Positions 14,922-20,000 of a stretch of 20,000 bases of DNA are shown here, piece after piece; within the stretch, counting starts at the first letter, position 1, and each line of letters begins with the position of its first letter. Source of the stretch: an uncultured virus (IMG/VR IMGVR_UViG_3300020404_001307) (Duplodnaviria > Heunggongvirae > Uroviricota > Caudoviricetes > Crassvirales); the IMG/VR virus record IMGVR_UViG_3300020404_001307. The stretch is one strand, 5' to 3'. Below the pieces are notes generated by a model that saw only the letters and a program-made list of their open reading frames with translations, had not been told where the DNA came from and made no database searches. A program made the position numbers and the translations under genes.

Positions 14922-16627
14922 GGTAATGGTTCTGATTCTGTTTCTGATATTATTGGTATATAACTACCAGACTTAGGTTCCCAGTTAAAATGAGCTTCAG
15001 CTTGGTTTTCACCTAGGTTTTGAAATTTAACTTTCAATACTTTAGCTTTAACTGTTTGAGCTTCATAATCCCTGTGAACTAATAAGCCATGGTAGCTAGC
15101 ATCGTACCATTCACCGCCACCTTTAATGCTATACATCGTTGGTTCTTCAATCTTACCATCTTGGTTTCTATACATTTTAGTAGGATGTGCTACAACAATT
15201 ACTAGCACGTCGTACTTCTTTGCAAACGTTTCTATTTTAGTAAGATATTCCATAGTATAACGATTAACATCTTCAGACTTACAGTTAACATCTCTAATTT
15301 TATTAAAAGGATCAATGACTAAACATTTAATACCTTTACGCTTTACAAGCTCAGCGCCTTTACTTAATACATCGTCAAGAGTATATCTATCCATATCAAT
15401 AAAGAAATAATTATCATTGATATGATTAGTAACTTCTTTCCATTTAGCGGTGCCAATATCATTTTTAGTTGGCATACCTTGCCATGTTTTACGTATTAAC
15501 TTGTGAGCATGTAGAAAATTAGGTTTGTTTTCTGGTGATGCATATGCTGTCTTCCAGCCGTAGTTTTTATTATAACCTATACACATCTGGTCTACAAAAT
15601 CTGATTTACCTGATGATGGTATACCTGTTACAGTTATAAACTGTGAAGTATATGTAGAAAATATTTTATCAAAATTTTCTAAACCAACTTGGTAACCAGG
15701 TTTAAAACCGTTGTGCACAAAGTCTAATAAATCAGCCTCAAGATCACGTAATGTTGATACACCTTCAAGCGGTACTTGAGTAGCAGACATTATAACTTTT
15801 TTAAGTTTATCTGCTCCGTGTTCAATTAAAAAATCATTAGGGTCTTTGTTGCCATTAAAGTCTACTAAGTAGCATACTTCAGCGCCAAGACGTCTAATAA
15901 ACTCGTACCTTAAAGCTTGGCCAGCTTCGTCAGCATCAACTGCTAGTATTATTTTTTCTTTGTCTTCAAAATAATCTATACAGTTATCTAAATAATCTAA
16001 GTTATTACTGTTTAACGTAGCTCCGTTAGGAACTGATATCACAGGTTTAATGCCAGCTTCGTGCAATGCTAACGCATCCATTTCACCTTCTGTGATAACA
16101 CACCAGTCATACCCTACAATACTATTAATATTGTAGAATATTTTTTCAGCACCTTTATACAGTTTAAAGTTTTTTCTACCATCTCTATACTTTATATTAA
16201 TAAGTTCTTCACCCATAATATAATTAAATTGTATAGTATTTTCTTTCTGCCCAGTCTGAGGCATATACTCTTCACCTGTGGTAACATTTAAGTCACGAAG
16301 GGAAGCTGGTGATATGCCTCTAGTCTTAAACCATTCAACTGCCTTGTCTTTAACTGGTTCATATATTTCAACCTGTTCAGGTTTTGTATACTCTTTAGTT
16401 GCATTACCTTTACGTTGATACGTATGTAATTGAAAACTAGTGTCACAGTTATGACAAGTACCGAGACCACGTTCCCAGTCATAAGAAGCACATTGTGCTT
16501 TTCTATTCTTAGGTTGTCTAGTGTGGGAACACAAGGGACAAATCCCCTGTGTCTTACCCACTTCTAAACCATGCTGATTGAACTTGTCAATCATAAATCC
16601 ATTGATCTCTGTATTCTCTACATTCAT
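14909..16627 (-). CDS. T7 gp4/Twinkle-like bifunctional DNA primase-helicase
   Basis: Zn ribbon CPLC...CHNC; TOPRIM EGEMDAL and DADEAG; Walker A GIPSSGKS; LVIDPFN and VAHPTK SF4 motifs. Confidence 0.92.
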   Translation of the reverse strand: MNVENTEINGFMIDKFNQHGLEVGKTQGICPLCSHTRQPKNRKAQCASYDWERGLGTCHNCDTSFQLHTYQRKGNATKEYTKPEQVEIYEPVKDKAVEWFKTRGISPASLRDLNVTTGEEYMPQTGQKENTIQFNYIMGEELINIKYRDGRKNFKLYKGAEKIFYNINSIVGYDWCVITEGEMDALALHEAGIKPVISVPNGATLNSNNLDYLDNCIDYFEDKEKIILAVDADEAGQALRYEFIRRLGAEVCYLVDFNGNKDPNDFLIEHGADKLKKVIMSATQVPLEGVSTLRDLEADLLDFVHNGFKPGYQVGLENFDKIFSTYTSQFITVTGIPSSGKSDFVDQMCIGYNKNYGWKTAYASPENKPNFLHAHKLIRKTWQGMPTKNDIGTAKWKEVTNHINDNYFFIDMDRYTLDDVLSKGAELVKRKGIKCLVIDPFNKIRDVNCKSEDVNRYTMEYLTKIETFAKKYDVLVIVVAHPTKMYRNQDGKIEEPTMYSIKGGGEWYDASYHGLLVHRDYEAQTVKAKVLKVKFQNLGENQAEAHFNWEPKSGSYIPIISETESEPLPWEN

Positions 16628-16628
16628 A

Positions 16629-16943
16629 TTAAAATGGCAGATCTTCTTTAGCTACAGGTGCTGATGCTGCTGGTGCTGTAGGCTGGTTACTATCCATTGG
16701 AGCTCTGTCAACATTGTTGCCATTTGTCCAAACAACTTTAACGTTACCTAAATAAGTTTTAGCAGATTTAGATTCACGTTCTTCCTTAGTTTGTTCAACA
16801 ACGACCGGTCCTTGATTACCGAACTGGTCGACATCGTCATTAAGGGTAATGGTAATAGGTAAATACTTACCTTTCTTACCAACATAAATTTTATCTTTCG
16901 GTATTTCAGAAAGATTTATAGAAGCTTTTATTATACTTGCCAT
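16629..16943 (-). CDS. Probable single-stranded DNA-binding protein
   Basis: Small beta-rich body, P/A linker and acidic EDLPF tip; sits between the recombination genes and the primase-helicase. Confidence 0.65.
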   Translation of the reverse strand: MASIIKASINLSEIPKDKIYVGKKGKYLPITITLNDDVDQFGNQGPVVVEQTKEERESKSAKTYLGNVKVVWTNGNNVDRAPMDSNQPTAPAASAPVAKEDLPF

Positions 16944-16946
16944 AAT

Positions 16947-17135
16947 TTAATCATTTATTAAGTTAACTAATTCTTTTACTTTACTTACAGATACTTTTAA
17001 TTTTCTTCTATAGTTATCCATAGTTTTAGAGTAAGGATGTAAACCGTCGCTTGAGCTGTTGTTTACATAGAAGTTTTTATTATTCGCTCTGTGTCTTTTG
17101 CCTGATATCGCGCAGGTCTTCATTTTATATCCCAT
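16947..17135 (-). CDS. Small basic hypothetical protein (degenerate zinc-finger-like, KTC...NFY...DGL)
   Basis: 62 aa ORF filling the gap in the operon. Confidence 0.55.
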   Translation of the reverse strand: MGYKMKTCAISGKRHRANNKNFYVNNSSSDGLHPYSKTMDNYRRKLKVSVSKVKELVNLIND

Positions 17136-17138
17136 GGT

Positions 17139-17858
17139 TTATAAGGTTTTAGTTATTAAATATTGCTTACTGTCAAAATCATCTGTCTTGTAGAACAGGT
17201 CGTACGCGTCAGAAGCTTTACGTACTTTGTCTTCACCAGCTTTATAAAATTCTGGTGAACAGTCGAACAAACCTATCTGGTGAGTTTCTTTATCTATTGC
17301 GATAAATAACATTTCATAACCAAATAGGTTGCTATAGATATAAGCTTGACTATCATAGTTAAATTTAGAAGCAGACCACCTAAACCTATCTATATCACTA
17401 GTAGTTTTTAAATCAATTACTAGCTTTTCTTCGTGGTTTATAATGTCGGCTTTACCCTTCCACTTGTTACCGAATAATTCAGTAATACCTGGTACTTCAA
17501 AGTCTCCTTTAATTAAACCTCTACAGATATTATTATCCATCATAACTTCTGTCATTAACTGTATCTTGTCAGCCTCATGCTGTAGCAAACATATCTCACC
17601 ATCAGACATCTCTTTATATTTCTTAGTATTCCTAGTGCTAGACTCTATAATCTTAAAACTTTTAAGCTTATTAGGTTCTAGTATTGCTGTATGAAAGTAA
17701 CCGCCCACAACCATTGCTGATGTTTTAGGTTTTGGCTCACGTAGCATTTTAGGATTTTTAAGTAACGTAGATATATCTGAATTACTTAAGAACTGCTTAC
17801 CATAGTCTCCATAGTAGTGTTCGTCCTGTTTTAATTTATTAATTATTTCTTTATCCAT
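17139..17858 (-). CDS. PD-(D/E)XK exonuclease VIII/RecE-like (DUF3799-type)
   Basis: LSNSDI, GGYFHTAILEP, KGKADII...IDLKTT, YDSQAYIY; adjacent to the ERF gene. Confidence 0.82.
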   Translation of the reverse strand: MDKEIINKLKQDEHYYGDYGKQFLSNSDISTLLKNPKMLREPKPKTSAMVVGGYFHTAILEPNKLKSFKIIESSTRNTKKYKEMSDGEICLLQHEADKIQLMTEVMMDNNICRGLIKGDFEVPGITELFGNKWKGKADIINHEEKLVIDLKTTSDIDRFRWSASKFNYDSQAYIYSNLFGYEMLFIAIDKETHQIGLFDCSPEFYKAGEDKVRKASDAYDLFYKTDDFDSKQYLITKTL

Positions 17859-18411
17859 TATTGTTTAGTTCTTTAAACGTTACCATCTGTGCTGGTGTAA
17901 TGGTATACTTAGATTCAATAGCTGTTATGCTACCTCCTCCTTTTACAAACTCAACTGCCTTCTTGTACTGATCGTCAGTCATTTTAGCTTTAGCTTTATT
18001 CACAATTTTACTAGCTGTACCTCCACTATTAGTAGAGTCAGCATCAGCTGTATCATCGATTAGAAATAAGTTGCCTAATGCATACTTTTTTCCATAAGAT
18101 GAAGCTGCTCCAAATTGTTGTGCCGTTTGCATACCTTTTTGATTAAGGTCTACACCGACTATTGCCGTTGCTGTAATTTGATTTTCACCATCAGACAAGA
18201 TGGCTGTTGATTTTATTATAGGCACTGTGTTTTCAGATATAATATCTTCTGTTATTCTAACTGAAACTTGGTGCGGTAATAAGAAAGGCTTGACCGCCTC
18301 GAGTATATCCTCTGCCTTACGGAAATAATACTTTCCGAAGGCATTGTATGAGGATTTTTTAGCTTTTAATTCTGTCTGAATTGTAGCTAATATTTCGTTT
18401 AATACATTCAT
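17851..18411 (-). CDS. erf: ERF-family single-strand annealing recombinase
   Basis: IQTELKAKKSSYNAFGKYYFRKAEDILEAVKP and QQFGAASSYGKKYALGNLFLIDDTADAD signatures. Confidence 0.88.
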   Translation of the reverse strand: MNVLNEILATIQTELKAKKSSYNAFGKYYFRKAEDILEAVKPFLLPHQVSVRITEDIISENTVPIIKSTAILSDGENQITATAIVGVDLNQKGMQTAQQFGAASSYGKKYALGNLFLIDDTADADSTNSGGTASKIVNKAKAKMTDDQYKKAVEFVKGGGSITAIESKYTITPAQMVTFKELNNNG

Positions 18412-18453
18412 GGTTTATTGGTTTTGGTCTATATATATAATTACACGTTTATT
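18412..18453 (-). promoter_or_regulatory. Putative phage promoter/leader motif AATAAACGTGTAATTATA...CAAAAC (copy 2)
   Basis: Intergenic between the sigma factor and erf; same core and same 35-nt spacing to ATG as the copy at 2175-2216. Confidence 0.6.
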
Positions 18454-18473
18454 TGTTAATTTACATTAGTAAC

Positions 18474-19229
18474 TTACAGATAATCAATCACTTGCGAGTA
18501 AGGAACTTTTTCTATAAGCTTGTCAATTGCTACTTTTTTTAACTGTGATATACGTACATAAGAGCTACTACCTTTTATACCTAAAATACTAGCTATTTCT
18601 TTAGCTGAGTATTTATCACAATCTAGCCCGTAAGATAATCTAAGCACTTGAAATTCTTTTGGATTTAAGTATTGCATCATTAAACCTTTCAAGTAAGATG
18701 CTAACATTTGCTTATTATAACTTGCTATATCAGGTATATTATATGCAGCGGCTTGTTGCTCAGGCGTGCCATCGTCAAGGCTTGTAAATACTGAGTTAAA
18801 AAATAACTCAACAGCTTTACGGTCTTCACCAAAGTCTTTACGTATTTCATTTAACTTATGCTCAGGTATACGCATTGTACCTCTATTAGTATTTATACCT
18901 CTACGTATAGCTCCTTTAATACGTTTAGATAAAAATGATTTTAATCTTTTATCTGGCTCGTCTGCGTCTAATATAGTTTCCCACTCTATTCTGTCTACAC
19001 CCGCGCACAAACCTCTATTACCCTCTTGTATTAAATCATTTATAGTTAGTATACCGCAAGCTGTTTGAGCTGTTGAAAATTTTCTAGCTAGATTTTCTAC
19101 TAGTGGTAAAAACTTAACTATTAATTCGTCTCTACTAAGTTTTTCGTAAGGAGCGCGTGGCAACTGCGTTAAACAGCTAGCCATATCGTGTTTCCACCTT
19201 ACATAATTCTGTATGTTATACTTTTTCAT
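18474..19229 (-). CDS. Phage-encoded sigma-70 family RNA polymerase sigma factor
   Basis: Region 2-like LPLVENLARKF...DLIQEGNRGL, region 3-like MRIPEHKL, region 4 LNPKEFQVLRLSYGL...SAKEIASILG...RISQLKKVAIDKL. Confidence 0.88.
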   Translation of the reverse strand: MKKYNIQNYVRWKHDMASCLTQLPRAPYEKLSRDELIVKFLPLVENLARKFSTAQTACGILTINDLIQEGNRGLCAGVDRIEWETILDADEPDKRLKSFLSKRIKGAIRRGINTNRGTMRIPEHKLNEIRKDFGEDRKAVELFFNSVFTSLDDGTPEQQAAAYNIPDIASYNKQMLASYLKGLMMQYLNPKEFQVLRLSYGLDCDKYSAKEIASILGIKGSSSYVRISQLKKVAIDKLIEKVPYSQVIDYL

Positions 19230-19665
19230 TTTCTAAGTTTTTAATAAATTTTAAACATGCTTTCCAGTTCTTATTAGTCCAGTTTTGATTGAACCAGAAC
19301 CAATCACCTTTAAAATCTGGTTGGCCTCTGTATTGACTATCATCAATTAGTACATCGCCGATTAATAAATCTTTTCTGTGCGTGAGTATTAGTTTACGTT
19401 TTAAGTCTGGGAACCATTGTTCAAGCCACGCACGCTTGTCAGCCCACACTTGTATTCTAGACCATGGAGGAGTCGATGCTATAAATACTTCATGATGCTC
19501 GTTCAAATAGCTTATCGCTTCTTCAGCACCAGGTATTACATCTAAGTATAGATAGTCGACGTGTAAGTCTGGCCTACCTTTACAAGGCTCTGGCAAAAGC
19601 TTTTTAGCTTTTTCAAAGTCAGCAATAACTCCGTCCATGTCTACATATATTCTAAGTTTCTTCAT
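19216..19665 (-). CDS. HAD-family 5'(3')-deoxyribonucleotidase (NT5C-like)
   Basis: YVDMDGVIADF, IPGAEEA, KRAWL and GDVLIDD motifs. Confidence 0.88.
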   Translation of the reverse strand: MKKLRIYVDMDGVIADFEKAKKLLPEPCKGRPDLHVDYLYLDVIPGAEEAISYLNEHHEVFIASTPPWSRIQVWADKRAWLEQWFPDLKRKLILTHRKDLLIGDVLIDDSQYRGQPDFKGDWFWFNQNWTNKNWKACLKFIKNLENEKV

Positions 19666-19999
19666 TTAATATTTGTTTTTCTTGTTTTAAAGCAGGGTAT
19701 TTAATCATACGCCTGTATATTGTTCTTGGTGTTACGTTTAATAATTTCGCAAGACCTGATATTGTTATCTTACTTCCTTCGTAATTAGTTTGTAACATAG
19801 CTTCGTATATATCAGAGCTGTTAACACCGTTAGCTCTACCTATTAATGTGCCTACAATACTAAGCTTTTGTTGTTTAGTTAAACCACAGTTAAACTTAAA
19901 TATAATTTTTCTAAGTTTGTTAGTTGGTGGGTGATCTAAATCTAATATACTTAAATCATCTATGAGTCTAGCTACGTTCCATTTGTTAATATTAAAGGT
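19652..19999 (-). CDS. C-terminal part of a protein with helix-turn-helix; 5' truncated by window
   Basis: Open frame translated by hand: ...KLRKIIFKFNCGLTKQQKLSIVGTLIGR...KITISGLAKLLNVTPRTIYRRM...NEET*. Confidence 0.7.
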   Translation of the reverse strand, partial: TFNINKWNVARLIDDLSILDLDHPPTNKLRKIIFKFNCGLTKQQKLSIVGTLIGRANGVNSSDIYEAMLQTNYEGSKITISGLAKLLNVTPRTIYRRMIKYPALKQEKQILNEET

Positions 20000-20000
20000 A

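Noticed and set aside
11332..19068. ORFs 11332..11577(+), 14697..14912(+), 16288..16491(-), 17443..17694(+) and 18766..19068(+)
   Set aside because: Nested in or antisense to the coherent - strand replication genes.
1..20000. CRISPR array, tRNA/rRNA, integrase/transposase, intron/intein, DGR or stop-codon recoding
   Set aside because: No spaced direct repeats and almost no intergenic room for RNA genes. No such enzyme motifs were seen. Conserved genes are of normal length in the standard code, with TAG and TGA acting as stops (e.g. 14909, 8526). Checked by eye only.

Overview
AT-rich segment of a tailed dsDNA phage genome, most likely infecting a Bacteroidota (flavobacteria-like) host. The host call is inferred from SD-less A-rich start regions, signal peptides cleaved before Gln, a T9SS-like sorting tail and an Hc1-type histone-like gene. 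Two convergent gene arms meet at a bidirectional intrinsic terminator (~10157-10188). The + arm (1-10157) holds the 3' end of a large virion-like protein, a tail-fibre-like protein, a YkuD/L,D-transpeptidase-motif lysin candidate and many small Lys/Arg-rich proteins. It also carries an unusual cell-envelope cassette: a predicted outer-membrane beta-barrel, a secreted LDL-receptor-class-A-like protein with a T9SS-like C-terminal tail, a single-TM coiled-coil protein and an exported CxxC-less thioredoxin fold. The - arm (20000-10187) is a replication and nucleotide-metabolism block: HTH protein, 5'-deoxyribonucleotidase, sigma-70-type factor, ERF annealase, PD-(D/E)XK exonuclease, SSB, T7-type primase-helicase, a thymidylate-synthase-fold enzyme with the dCMP-type Asp, MazG-like pyrophosphatases, endonuclease I-like nuclease, class II ribonucleotide reductase and an Hc1-like protein. 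Top leads are the envelope/T9SS cassette, a probable cytosine-modification pathway and a twice-occurring promoter-like motif (AATAAAYGTGTAATWATA) with identical spacing to ATG. All family assignments are by-eye motif recognition; no searches were run.
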